Shown here piece after piece: positions 24,952-37,198 of a stretch of 64,000 nt of DNA. The notes under the pieces are model-generated. The model did no database searches. It had not been told where the DNA came from and saw only the letters and a list, made by a program, of their open reading frames with translations. The stretch spans positions 131,600-195,599 of the forward strand of contig NW_015176036.1 of NCBI RefSeq assembly GCF_001447785.1, in the 5' to 3' direction. The stretch's first letter is position 1. Each line of letters begins with the position of its first letter. Origin of the DNA: Gekko japonicus (Eukaryota). The position numbers were made by a program, and so were the translations under genes.

Positions 24952-26065
24952 CAGGGCTCTTTTTGTAGAAAAGGCCCAGTGTCACGGCAGGACCAGGGGG
25001 CGTGACGCAAGCAAGAAAAAGTCCAGGAACAGTCTGAGGTCAAGCCGGGCAAATCAGGTAGCAAGGTTCAAGCAGGTTTAAATCACAGTCCAAAAGCAGG
25101 GTCAGACATACCAAAGTTTCAAGTCCATAAATCACCACAATACCAGAGGAGTCAGAGATGAACGCAGGGTCAACAAATCCGAAGGTCAAAAGCCGAGGAT
25201 CAAGCCGAGAAGAATTCCACAAGGTCTGGAGCAGAGATGCAAGGATTCAGGTCCTGAACAAACGACGTTTGCCAGCACAAATGACTGCTGGCAACAGACT
25301 TGCATATATACAGTGCTAGCTAATCAACTCATTAGCTAGCCAGGAGTGAGGACAGGATCCTGTCAGTAATCAGGGCTAAGAGATCTTCTGGCACGCATGC
25401 GTGCATTCTGCCTTCGCTCTCTCAGCTGTTGTCTTCTTACATTCCTGAGCCTGGTTACAGGTGGAGGCGAGTCTGATGATGAATTACTGGGCTGCAGCAG
25501 AGACTGATCCCTTGCAGGTGTTCCCTGGGAGGCTCTATCCTCCTCACCACTTAGATAGCTTTCAGCTACAGGATCCAGTCTTTGCCTTTCTGCTGCAGTA
25601 CTGTCCTCAGGAGCCTGTTCAGGGTCCTCAGGAGCCTGTTCAGGGGCATCAGCAAAGGCAGGCATGACATCAGCAGGGGCAGGCATGACACCCAGCAGGA
25701 ACCCATTAGCATAATAGGCCACACCCAACAGCAGAAACTCATTAGCATATTAGGCCACACCCCTGACAGCACAGCTCATTAGCACATTAGGCCGCACCCC
25801 CATGTTACCAGAAGTGTGGTCATCCAGCCACACCCACCTTTTGCTTCTTATTCTGTTTACCTTGTTTGTTGTCAAAACCCAGGGCTTTTTTTTTGTAGAA
25901 GGAACTCCTTTGCATATTAGGCCACACACCCCTAATGTAGCCAATCCTAATGAATTTCTGCTGTTGGGTGTGGCCTATTATGCTAATGAGTTCCTGCTGG
26001 GCGTGGCCAGCTTGGGAGCCAGCCAGAACTCCCTTCCTGTGCGTTCCTGCCCAAAAATAGCCCTG
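24952..26065 (+). mobile_element. hAT MITE family A interrupted by a solo LTR
   Basis: CAGGGCT termini; TSD ATTACAAG. Confidence 0.92.
24980..25690 (-). mobile_element. solo LTR, 711 bp (probably Ty3/Gypsy)
   Basis: TGTCACG...CATGACA ends (TG...CA); 5-bp TSD CCCAG (24975-24979, 25691-25695); TATA-like TATATAT near 25305; orientation inferred. Confidence 0.88.
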
Positions 26066-26964
26066 ATTACAAGTCAGTAACCTACTTTGCCTCATAGGCA
26101 AGGCAGGCTGTGGTGGATACACCTTCTTCTCCTGTGAAGCACTAATGAGGATTTGAGTCACAACACATGTGTTTGTGGTCCCTGCATCTGATGTTCCCTT
26201 TCCCAAACCATATGCAGAGGGATATGCTTCTAAGTTTAAAGGCTGCCAGGTGGTTTTAGTGAGAGAATGAATAACTTTATTGGAACAGTGGCCATGAATT
26301 TTTGAAACATCCAAATATGTTTGAATATTGCATATTCCAGTAGGTTGACACACACCTATCCCTTTTCTCAACAAGAAAGTCTTACAGGTAAAGTTATGCA
26401 TCTGAGTGATGGAGTAGCATGGAAAGGGCCACTTATTTGGAAAGCGCAGTGGGGAAACTTATATAAAGCACAGAAAATGAACTTATGTTTTTTGTGAAAT
26501 GTGGAAACATAAGTATAAGCATATAGTTTAGAAATTTTTAGAAGGAAAAACGAAAGCCAGATTCCCTGGAAGAAATCTGGTAACAGCCCAATGTGATGCA
26601 AATAAATATAAGACATTCACTCAAACAAGGAATTGTGAGACACTTGCTGCTGCTCCATTCTCACATTAGATTTAAATTCTAAGTTTGCTCCAACTTGGCC
26701 TGTTTTAATCCATGGTGTAAATCCTACTACTATTCTACCATTACACTGAGGAAAATTTGAAGCTTTCCTCCAGCTTCAGGAGCCTTTTTATAATGGAAGA
26801 ATTACTTAAAGGTGTGGAGAGGGATGGATCCATAGCCTGGAACCCACATTCATTAGCCTGTTTGTATAGTGGTAGAAGCCCTCACTACCATGTTTTTATG
26901 AGTCATCTTGGCCTACTACGCTAACCCAATATTCAATTCAAACCATTGTCTTGCTTTTCTGCAG

Positions 26965-27141
26965 AATATACAGTGATCAATGAAAACTGTCCAGGAGCTG
27001 AATGGAATATCATGTGTCGGGAATGTTGTGAGTATGATCAGATCAAGTGTGTCTGTCCTGGACGGAAAGAAGTTGTGGGTTACACCATTCCCTGCTGCAG
27101 GAATGAGGACAACGAATGTGACTCCTGCCTCATCCACCCAG
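26965..27141 (+). CDS. PAMR1: PAMR1 (inactive serine protease, regeneration-associated muscle protease) internal exon, probable exon 2
   Basis: ttttctgcAG acceptor, G|GTGTGT donor; 177 bp, phase 1-1; encodes (E)[58 protein letters not shown], matching the recalled PAMR1 N-terminal Cys-rich region. Confidence 0.96.
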
Positions 27142-27640
27142 GTGTGTTGCTGTATTGCCCTGTCCCATTGCAAGTAATGCAAGACATGAATTGTTGTGCA
27201 TGCCTGTGACAGCTGTTCCTGTAGCTAGCTTAGTGGAGCATGTGGCCTGTTTGGCCTGCCAGACTTTGGTGATGAATAGCCTTTTCTCTCCTTGGAGACG
27301 GATGAGTGCCAATGCAAATGGTTCATTGTACTGATGAGAGTTAATGCATTTAGCATATTGCCTTTAGCATGTTCCTGTTTCTAGAAATATAACCTCACAC
27401 CAGGAGCTGAAAGTTTCCAGGATTTCACCATGCATGGCTGGAAGCTCTCCAGAGGGTAAAGTCATTCCTGGCTTCAGTGCTGGGTGGAGATTTTAATTCC
27501 TTGGTCTCCAAAGGCTGGTTTGTGCACTGCTTTATTAAACAAAATCAGAAAGGAGCTGCTGAGTTCACTCTCAGTAAAAGGATATGAAAAGCAACAGCAT
27601 AGAGATGAGAAAGGATTAGCCAACTGGAAGAATATCAATG

Positions 27641-27718
27641 CAATCCTAAACAGAGTTACACCTTTCTGTGTCCATTGAAGTCAATGGACATAGAAAGGTG
27701 TAACTCTGTTTAGAATTG
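27641..27718. repeat. near-perfect 78-bp palindrome (hairpin MITE)
   Basis: CAATCCTAAACAGAGTTACACCTTTCTGTGTCCATTGA ag TCAATGGACATAGAAAGGTGTAACTCTGTTTAGAATTG. Confidence 0.85.
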
Positions 27719-27790
27719 ACCAGTGGACTTTGAAAGGTAAATTCCTCCATAGGATTGCACAGTAAATTTCTATTGGAGATGGGTCCAAAC

Positions 27791-28185
27791 TAGGGTCGCC
27801 AGGTTGCTTACCTGTTGCAGTGTGTGGGGGGGGGAGTAGGTCCCAGTTTGGGACATTCGCACACATGCATAGAGCACGTGCGCTGCGATGACATCACCTG
27901 GAAGTGACATCACCACTCTAGGCATGCCGCTGGTGGACACTCTAGCATTTGGCTTGAAAACTGTATGATACCATAGAGTTTTCAGGCCAAATGTTAGAGC
28001 GTTCCCCCTGGTGACATGACCAGTGTGATGGCGTCAGCTCTGGGTGACGTCATTGCTCCGGGCATGTCGGCCTGATTCGGGCACATTGGGGGTGGGGTTC
28101 CCTCCACCGGCTCTATCCAGACCAGCAGGTTGGGGGCCCTTTGAGCGGGCAACCCCCTGCCCCTCCGGGGGATCTGGCAGCCCCA
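27791..28185. mobile_element. TAGGGTTGCCA-type hAT MITE
   Basis: degenerate TIRs; TSD GTCCAAAC / GTCCCAAC. Confidence 0.75.
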
Positions 28186-28329
28186 GTCCCAACTATTTAT
28201 TTATTTATTAAATTTATATCCTGCCCTCCCCAAATGGGCTCAGGGCGGCTAACAAAAGAGGCACATGCCAGATAACTATTCATCTTGAGTCAAGTCCAGT
28301 AGCAACACAGCCTCCTAACATTAAATGAC

Positions 28330-28815
28330 TTCTCACCCACAATGCCCCTCTTAACATGTACATGGATGCTAGGATCAAATCCTGCAAAAAACCAAGATGC
28401 CAACTCTGTCTCCATATTCGCTCAGGTAACACAGTCACCAGAACCTAACAACATCAGCCATCTCATACCAGGTTCATTCATTTGTTCATCTTCCAACGTT
28501 ATATATGCTGTCAAATGTCAGCAATGTCCTTCCACTTTCTACATTGGACAAACAGGTCAGTCCCTATGCAAAAGAATAAATGGGCATAAATCCAACATAA
28601 AAACCCACAACACTCAGAACCAGTGGGGGAAGTTTTTAATCTTTCAGGTCATTCTACTGCTGATCTAAGAGAAGCAGTCTCCAAACAGAGAAGCTGCAAG
28701 GGGAGGCGACAATGCAAAATTGCTGCACTTGAGTTCATTCAGTTCAGAGCAATGACACCCCCCCCCCCCCGAACCAGGCCTGAATAGGGATGTAGGACTC
28801 TTATATCACTACTAG
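28330..28815 (+). mobile_element. Penelope-like element, GIY-YIG endonuclease remnant
   Basis: SSNVIYAVKCQQCPSTFYIGQTGQSLCKRINGH motif. Confidence 0.88.
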
Positions 28816-28819
28816 ATTC

Positions 28820-29516
28820 TGGAGGTACCTTAGAGAGCAACAAGATTTTTTGAGTATAATCTTTCAAGAGTCAAAGATCCCAGACAGCTTTGACCGTCAC
28901 ATCCTTATACCCCCCAAAATCTTTTTGGTCTCTAAGGTGCTATTTGACTTGAATCTAGCTGTTCTGCTGCAGACCAATACTCTCTGAAATGATCTCACTA
29001 CAGATGCTAATTTCCCCTCTGCTCTAATCAAGCTAAGCACCATGCACATTGCACCTCTGCATCCTAAGTTCCTTCTTGGCAGCACCCTTTCCATCATTTG
29101 ACTGTGGCTGGTTCTGCATCTGGCATTCACTCCACATTTTCTCAACACTGAGGGGAAAGTGCAGCTCAAAACCACATTCAGATACCCCCGGGCCCATGCC
29201 ATACTGATGGCAAAGTCACCCCTGGATGGCCATAAAGCAGCCACAAAACCCGATGAGCAAAGAAAGTGAAAGCAGCATGCAACACAGAGGGGAATTTATG
29301 TTCCAACATGGGTTTGCTAAAACAACGGAGGGAAAAGCCAATGCAGAATCGCCCTGGGATATAAGGACTCTGAGATTTCCATTCCACCTTGTATCTGGCA
29401 GAGGGAGCCTTGAGTCTTGAAAGCTCATACCCCCCAAAGCCTTGTTTGCCTCAAAGGTGCCACTGGACTCAAATCTAGCTGTTCTACTGCAGACCAACAC
29501 GGCTACCCTCTGAAAA
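28820..29516 (+). mobile_element. Penelope terminal-repeat (pLTR) fragments
   Basis: two related blocks (about 28885-28990 and 29400-29516) ending AAGGTGC...AATCTAGCTGTTCT(G/A)CTGCAGACCAA, next to the GIY-YIG remnant. Confidence 0.65.
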
Positions 29517-29596
29517 CAGTCATCTTGGATTTCTATTCTTCTGTTTTATATTCTTTTTGGGAAATATGTAGCAAAAAGAGTTCAATAGCATATTGT

Positions 29597-30964
29597 CAGG
29601 GCCGGCCCTAGGCGAGCGCAGATGCCAACCTCCCGGTGGGGCCTGGAGACCTCCCAGCTGGTGTGAGTCACCTCCGGGGCAGAACTTGGCTTGGCCACCC
29701 ACTCCCTCGCCTCGCCCGCTCCACTCCCTCGCTGGCCCCACATTTACCCAGCGAAGCGCCTGCCGCGCCTCCTCCTCCATGGAGGAGGGCGGACATGTTG
29801 CGTGGCTGGAGCCCTGCTGCTGCTGCTCGGGCTGGCCACGGTCGCCATGCCACTCCCGTCCAGTCCCCTTGGCAAGCCGAGCGGGGCGCGCGCACGCCAC
29901 CCTCCGCCTCCCGGCCTGGTGCACTGCCGCCACGTGTGGAGGCTCCACGGCCGGGCGGCTGGTGGGGGAAAGGCTACAGTGTGGCCAGCGAGCGGGGAGG
30001 CAAGAGAGCTTGCGGGGGGCAGGCAGGAGGGCCGCGCAGTGAGAATCGCTCGGATGGAGGCCGCAGAATTGACTTTGCCCTGCTGGTTTCCGCTTCCCAT
30101 TTATCACCCCTCGGCCGTCGGCGCGGGGCATGCAGAAGAGCTTGGCCGGCCTGACTGCCTCCATCGCCCTCCTCTTAATTTCCACGCTGCGCCGTCGCCC
30201 GCCCTCCCGCCTTGCCTGCCTCACCTCCTTTCTCTGCGGAGGAGAAATAATAAGCCGGCGAGTGGGGAGGCGAGAGAGCTTGCGGGGGGCAGGCCAGCCC
30301 CCCCAGTGACCCCAATCCAGGCCATGGGGACCACAACGCCAATCCGCGCAGCCCCATCTCCCCCATCGGCTCTGCCTCTTGGCTGCTGGCTCCTGCCCCC
30401 TCCCTCCCTCCCCTCCCCCCACTTGCCAGTGAAGCAGCCACGTCGGGCCGCCTCCTCTTCCACTGGGGCACCACTGTGGAGGACGGGGTGTTTGGCGCGG
30501 CCACGCGGAGGGAGGGAAGGCGGCGGAGGGGACGGAAGGGTGGGGCAGCCGGTAGTGTCCTGGAGGTCCCTTTTGCAGCCGAGCGCCACTCCCCGGGACA
30601 CCACCGGCTGCTTTCACCTGACCCCCCCACCCGCTGAGGCTTCTTCCCTCCCTGCAGGCAGCGGCAGAGTGCCTGCCGGGTGGCGGCGAGGGTGCCTGGG
30701 GGTGCGGTGCACTGCTGCTCCCGAGGCTTCAGGGCTTCCTCAGGCGGGTCTCAGCAGCTCTTCCTCGCTCCCCCCTGCGTTCTCGAGCGTGGCCGGCCCT
30801 CCCGCCTGGAGAGAGAGAGACGCCGCCCCGAGGCGCACCGCGCAGCCGTGTCCGGGCCGAGGAAGAGGCTTCGGAGCTACTGGCCAGTGGCGCCGGTGGC
30901 CGCCCCTGCGCCTCCTCCCGCGCCCTAACGGCTGGCTTGCGCTCTAGGCGAACGCAAGGCCCTG
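29597..30964. mobile_element. 1368-bp non-autonomous hAT element with very GC/CpG-rich interior
   Basis: CAGGGCC...GGCCCTG termini; exact TSD CATATTGT (29589-29596, 30965-30972). Confidence 0.92.
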
Positions 30965-32579
30965 CATATTGTGGTCATGTTCTCCTTCAAAGTGCGGGCA
31001 AGACTACTTTGACACAAGGGAACATTGGTCTGCCTAGATTTGGGATGTACTGTCCTTGTCCTTGTTGTTAGCCATTCAGTCGTGTTAGACTCTTGGAGAT
31101 TGTAGGGGCCAGCATTTTCTGAACTTGTACTGTTTCTTTGAGTTGTTCCATGTTCAGGCTGGTGTCGACTTTTATGGTGTCTAGCCACCGTGTTCAATGG
31201 CAGCCCGGTTTCCTTTTGCCACTGACCAATCCAAGCATAATTGTTTTTTCTAGTGAGTTCTTCTGCAGCCCTTACTCAGCCCCAATTGACCCACAAAGTC
31301 AGCCTTTTATTGTTCGTTCATACTGTTTGGTTGAAACGCTGTCCCTGCCAGCCCTAGCATAGTGGTGTGGATCCTACCCCTGTTCTACCATTCCAGTGAG
31401 CAAAATTTGAAGCTTTCTTCCTGTCTAAGGAGCCTCCCTCCTTGAACTTGAGTGATTTTTCCTACAACAGAAGAGCCACTTAAATTTGAGAAAGTCTTCT
31501 TAGGTTGGAGGATACATGGAGAATAACTGGATTGACCCCGGTATCTCCAGCTCTACTTATCCATGAATAAGGTAACCCACTATCAGTTGCTCTGCATTGT
31601 TAACCCCCAAAGCTTAGGTTCTGTAACTGTAGTTTAGCACTTTTCACATAATGGTGAGATATTTGTGCAAACTGCAGGCCCTTTTTTTTTTGAGACAGAG
31701 ATCTGGATTAAGAACATTCAGTCACTACAGATAGTCTAGGCTTTAAAACATTGGTTTGGACCCAATTTTATGTGCAATTTTAGCCCACAGAGGCTTTACA
31801 CCTTTTTAAGGTTCTGGAATATTGTTAAACTCTCTTTTTGACATTTTTTGAAATATGTAAAATCCTCTCTCCGTCAAACATAGTATATCTGAAATATTCT
31901 ATATACAAATGTATGGAGAAGAAGTGAGGTAGAAGTGTAGGTTTTCCATTTGAGAATATGAATTTCTCACTTGAGGTAAGCACATTTAACCTTTCTGAAC
32001 AGTTATCTGCCAGTGGCTGAAATACAGTTGCAAACCGTCTGGAGGTAAAATGCCCTGCCCCCTCTTAATAGACACTTAATGAGATATTGTTTACCGGATG
32101 ATGTTATGTACCTCTGCATTATAAAAAGGTTTACCTAGTTGTATAATTTGTGATTTTTTTAATTTAATTTTTTAACTTAATTTTTAATGGCTTCTAGGAC
32201 AACAAATACTCTTTTGTTAGGTAAATTCCTTGTTCAGGCCATGAGAGTTCAGGCAGCCTGTGACAAGACATCTTGCTTCAAATACGATGTAGCCTGCCCT
32301 CTCTGGCTTGAATTCGTCCTTTCTTCCTCTTATTATTAGTTGAACCCTACCATCTGTTTGTACAACCCTTGTCCCTCTTAGTTGCTTAAATCTCTGGGGG
32401 GAGGGCTGGTGGACTGGGCCCCGGAAACGGTAAATGCTTCCCTGAGAGAGGGGGTAGTCACTCCTGTCTTGAAGCGGGCAGTGGTGTGTCCACTCCTAAA
32501 GAAACCTACTGTGGACCCAGGAGAGTTGAATAACTAGGTTATTCCACCTACTGTGGACCAGGAGAGTTGAATAACTAGG

Positions 32580-33657
32580 TGATGTGGCGGGCTGGCTTAG
32601 ACTGAGTCGATTGAAATTGAATCCAACGAAGACGGAGGTCCTGTGCCTGAGTTGAAGTGGACCGGGGGTAGGGATCCCACTCCCGACCTTTGACAGGGCA
32701 CCATTGGTGCTGGCATCGAGGGTTAGGAGCTTGGGAGTGCTCCTGGATGCCACCTTAACAATGGAGGCCCAGGTAGCAGCTGCTGCCAAGGCAGCCTTTT
32801 ACCATCTGCGGCTGATGAGGCAGTTGGTTCCCTTCCTCGAACGCAATGACCTGGCAACAGTGATTCACACTATGATCACCTCGAGATTAGACTACTGCAA
32901 TGCTCTCTACATGGGGCTGCCCTTGGCCCAGCTCTGAAAGCTGCAGCTGGTGCAAAATGCGGCGGCCAGGCTGTAGATGGGCCTCTCCATATGAGATCAC
33001 ATCCAGCCTGTGCTGAAGGCATTGCACTGGCTGCCGATAGCTTACCGGATCCGTTTCAAGGTGCTGGTTTTGACCTTTAAAGCCCCATATGGTCAGGGAC
33101 CTGCCTACTTGAGGGACCACCTTTCCCCATATGTGCCCCAAAGAGCACTGAGGTCAGGAACACAGAATCACCTGACTCTTCCTGGCCCGAGAGATGTCAA
33201 GTTGGCTGCTACTAGAGCCAGGGCCTTTTCAGTGGCGGCTCCATACTGGTGGAATGAGCTCCTGGAGGAGATCAGGGCCCTGCGGGATCTTTTATGGTTC
33301 CGCAGGGCCTGCAAGACAGAGCTCTTCCACCAGGCATTCAATTAGGAGCCGCCACCCCACTGCCACCAACATTGGTGGCTATGGATTGGCCCTGGCCTGG
33401 AGAATGTGCCACACTACCGCACAATGCCAAAGACCATGGAATTAGAAACATTGGTTGTATGTTATACAATATGCCATTTGAACTACTGATAGACGATCAT
33501 CAGCACTAGCACTTGTTCATTGGATTGTTTTAAATGTTTTGGAATGTTTTAATCTTTGTAATGTTTTATGGTACTGGGTACGAATTCTGTAAGCTGCCCT
33601 GAGCCCACTTGTGGGGAGGGCGGGGTATAAATAGAATTAATTAATTAAATAAATAAC
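32580..33657 (+). mobile_element. L2-clade LINE 3' fragment
   Basis: VIHTMITSRLDYCNALYMGLP and LHWLPIAYRIRFKVLVLTFKA motifs; (TAAA/TTAA)n tail. Confidence 0.9.
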
Positions 33658-33920
33658 TATCATCCAGTTTCAAATGTACCATTCTTGAGCAAAGTGTCTG
33701 AACAAGTGGTGGTTGGTCAACTTCAGAGATTCCTGAATGAAGCAAATTGTTTAGATCAATTCCAGTATGGTTTCAGGCCTGATCGTGGGTCTGAAACAGC
33801 CTTCTTGTTGTCATTCATGGATGACATGCATCAGGAGATGGACAGGGCAGTGTAATCCTGTTAATTCTGCTGGACCTCTTGGCAGCTTTCACTACCATAA
33901 ATCAAAGTATCCTTCTGGCT

Positions 33921-34381
33921 AGACAGAGCAGGTAGAGAAAGAAGTATTTTTCTCCCTTTCTCACAATACAAGAACTCATGGACACTCAACTAAATTGCTG
34001 AGCAGTTGGGGTTAGAACAGATAAAAGAAAGTACTTCTTCACCCCAAAACTGATTAACATATGGAATTCACTGCCACAGGAGGTGGCGGCGGCTACAAGC
34101 ATGGACAGCTTCAAGAGGGAATTAGATAAGCATATGGAGCAGAAGTCCATCAGTGGCTATTAGCCACAAGGTATTAGCCACAAGAGGAACTCTCAGACTG
34201 GGGCAAGTGATGCACAGCATTCTTGGTGCTTGGGAGGGGGCAACAGTGGGAGGACTTCTAGTGTCCTGACCCCACTGCTGGACCTCCTGATGGCACCTGG
34301 TATTTTTGGCCACTGAGTGACAGAGTGTTGGACTAGATGGGCCATTGGCCTGATCCAACATTGGCTTCTCTTATGTTCTTA
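33921..34381 (+). mobile_element. CR1 LINE 3' end
   Basis: CR1 3' region ending TTCTCTTATGTTCTTA. Confidence 0.85.
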
Positions 34382-34396
34382 GCCTTTGATTGGGAC

Positions 34397-34603
34397 CAAT
34401 GCTCCCTCTAAGCTGTGGAGTCTTGTGAGTAAAAACTCACCTTTGTGAGCTACTGACATTAAAGTTCTGAGCAAGCAATTTGGCTACTGCGTAAATCAGT
34501 TTGCTCTGGAGCCATTCTTCCTGAGCTGAGACAAAAATGTGTGAGTTGGAGGCTAAAAAACTTGTGAGCTAGCTAACACTAACTCAGCTTAGAGGGAACA
34601 CTG
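34397..34603 (+). mobile_element. hAT MITE family C
   Basis: family termini; TSD ATTGGGAC / ATAGGGAC. Confidence 0.9.
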
Positions 34604-36405
34604 ATAGGGACTGAGAGGCACTGTTTTGTGGTGGTTCTGGTCTTACTTCAAGGGAAGGTTTCAGAGTGTGTTGCCAGGGGACAGCTACTTTTCCCCTTGT
34701 CCTTTGGCCTAAGGGAGCCCCCAAGGTTCCATCTTGTCCCCCATGGAATGTAAAGCTACTGGGAGAGGTCATCTGGAGATCTGGGTTGAGTTGCCACTAA
34801 TATGCAGATGACACTCAGTTCTATCTCACACTTCCATCAGATCCCAGGGAGGCTGTGGATACTCATACCTTCTTGGCAGAAAATATCTTCTTGCCGGCAA
34901 AGGAAGGGTAGAGAGGAAAGGGGTAAAGGGTAAGGATCTTCCTTTCTATACAAGCTATATTTTATATAAAAAAAACCCCTGCTAGCCATAACCCCTGACC
35001 TCCTCAACCAATCACTGGACAGTATCCATGGAATTTTTTAGGGTGAGAGCAAGTTCCCGCTCCCATACCAGATTCACAGCTGAACTGTGTGAGTTAATTA
35101 ATAAGCCTGAGTAGATCACTGTAACAAGTAACCGCCAGTATGGGGGCTGGAGGTTGACTGACAAAGAATCAGAACAGTAAAATTAAATCTCAGCTGGAAT
35201 ATTCCTAAAATGGCTTCTCTGTTGACAGATTGCCCTCCTCTTAAAGAAGAAGGTTTGTAGTTTGGGGGTGCTCCAGTAGGATAAACAGGTGGCCAGAGAT
35301 GCCTTTCACCAACTTCAGCTAGTGAACCAGCTGCCTTCCTAAGTGGAAAAGATCTTGCTACTGTAGTACATGTCCTGGTTATCTTGAGATTAGACTACTG
35401 TACTGCACTTTATGTGGGGCTGGCCTTGAAGACTGTCCAGAAGCTACTGTTGGTACAGAATGCTGCATCCAGGTTGTTGACTGGAGTGGGTCATAGGAAC
35501 TGTATCACACCAGTCTTGTTCCATTTATACTGGCTTACAATTTGCTCAATTCAAGGTGCTGGTATTGGCCTTTAAAGCCCTCTATAGCCCAGGCCAACAT
35601 ACGTTAAGGATTGCTTTCTCCCAGATGAACATACCCATACACTCGGGTCACCTTTGGAGGCTCTGCTTCAGTTACTCTCAGTTACTCAGAAGCTAAGCAG
35701 GAGACAACTGGAGAAAGGGTCTTCTTGGTCGTGGCACCAAAATGTTGGAATGCCCTCATAGGGAGATTCATCTGTCTTCCTCTACCAGTGTCTTTCACCA
35801 GTAGGTGAAAACTTTTTTTGTTTCATCTGGCATACCTCCTTCAAGTGTTGTTTATGTGTTTAATCTAATTACTTTGTAGTTTTAACTGTATTTTTAATTG
35901 CTTAAATGTTTTAATGGTTTTTTAATACCCTGCCTTGTGGACCCTGATGTGTTGGAAAAACAGCATACAAATGTTTTAAATAAATAAAGAAATTTAATGG
36001 GCAAGTTGTTGGCAGCCCTAGGGTGAAGTACACATTGACTACTTAAATGCTAACACAGCATCCGATCTAATATAGATGCACCATGACTTAGTGGCAGAGT
36101 ACGTACTCTGCATGCAAAAGGTTCTAGGTTCAGTCTACAGAATTTCTAGTGACAATGGATCTCAGGAGAACCTGTTTTGAGAATTTGGAGATCCACCGCC
36201 ACAGCAGCTAATGCTCAGCTAAAGGGGCCAATAGTCTGATATGCTGATTTTATATATGCAGGATTCAGAACCAGCTCTGCGATGAGATGAGGTACAGCAG
36301 TGTCCTCAGGCCATGAATTGAGGCGCCTCACCACAACTCCCTCACCGCCGCCTTCAGTGCACCCATGCTAGACCAGATAATTCTCCTTCCCTCCTTGCTC
36401 CCACA

Positions 36406-36825
36406 CAGGGGTCATTTCATAGAAAAAGAGCTAGGGGAGCTCATTAGCATAACTCATTAGCATATGCCACACCCCCTGCCATCACCGGAAGTGTGTCATA
36501 AGGCCACACACCCCGCCCCCAACGGTCCCGGCTGCCACCGCCGGCCTTGCAGCTCCACTGCCAAGCCCCACGAGGGGCCCGGCGGTGGACCTGCAAGGCC
36601 GGCGGGAGTGCAAGGAAGCCCCGCAAAGGCCTTCCCTGGCCCCAGGCAGGCAGGGGTGGGGAGAGGCAGGGAGGAAGCAACTTACCCTCCCTCTTCTCCT
36701 GCCTCCTCCTGGCTGAATGAGGACCGGAAGCGGGGCGGCCGGAAGCAGGGGGCGGGGCTTCGTCATGTGCCCCGCCCCCCGTACCTCACCCGGGGGAACT
36801 GCGATCCCCCCCGAAATGACCTCTG
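36406..36825 (+). mobile_element. hAT MITE family B (420 bp)
   Basis: CAGGGGTCATTTC...GAAATGACCTCTG; TSD CTCCCACA. Confidence 0.93.
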
Positions 36826-37198
36826 CTCCCACAGAGATCTTTAAACACAGTGCAGTAAGCAGGACATGTCCAATAAGGCTTCCCACACTTTCATGATTCT
36901 ATTTAATGATACCTGGAGAACAAAGAGAGAGGAAGAGCATGGGTTGCTCTGATGGTAAGAGGTTGGTGGTGTGCTGGTGTTGAATGACACAGTTTCACAA
37001 ATATTTGTTTAAGAGGATCATTGATAATGAGCATCATTTCCCACCCAAAGATAAATGGGAGTCATGTGGCAGTGGCACCCTAAAGCTTAACATGGAATAA
37101 ATGTTTATGGATTGCAGTGCGCTTTATCAGATGCATTTCCCACTCTGTAAAACTTAAGCATTGGGCCTCCATTAACCAAATGGGTTTTCTTCTTTCAG

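Larger units (their letters stand above)
33658..35990 (+). mobile_element. older L2-clade LINE (RT core to 3' end) carrying CR1 and MITE insertions; 32385-32580 may be its upstream part
   Basis: FQYGFRP, LLDLLAAF, PQGSILSP, YADDTQ and RLDYCTALYVGL motifs in order. Confidence 0.8.

Noticed and set aside
1-26964. PAMR1 first (signal-peptide) coding exon
   Set aside because: No ATG-hydrophobic-LPR segment with a phase-1 donor was found. ATGGAGCTA at about 4992 lacks a hydrophobic core, and CCCAGAG|GTAATT at about 4027 has an upstream in-frame stop. The exon is probably upstream of the window.
29520-30947. Long ORFs (365 aa, 418 aa) as protein-coding genes
   Set aside because: They overlap in several frames on both strands in very GC-rich, stop-poor DNA inside a TSD-flanked element, and show no recognisable domain.
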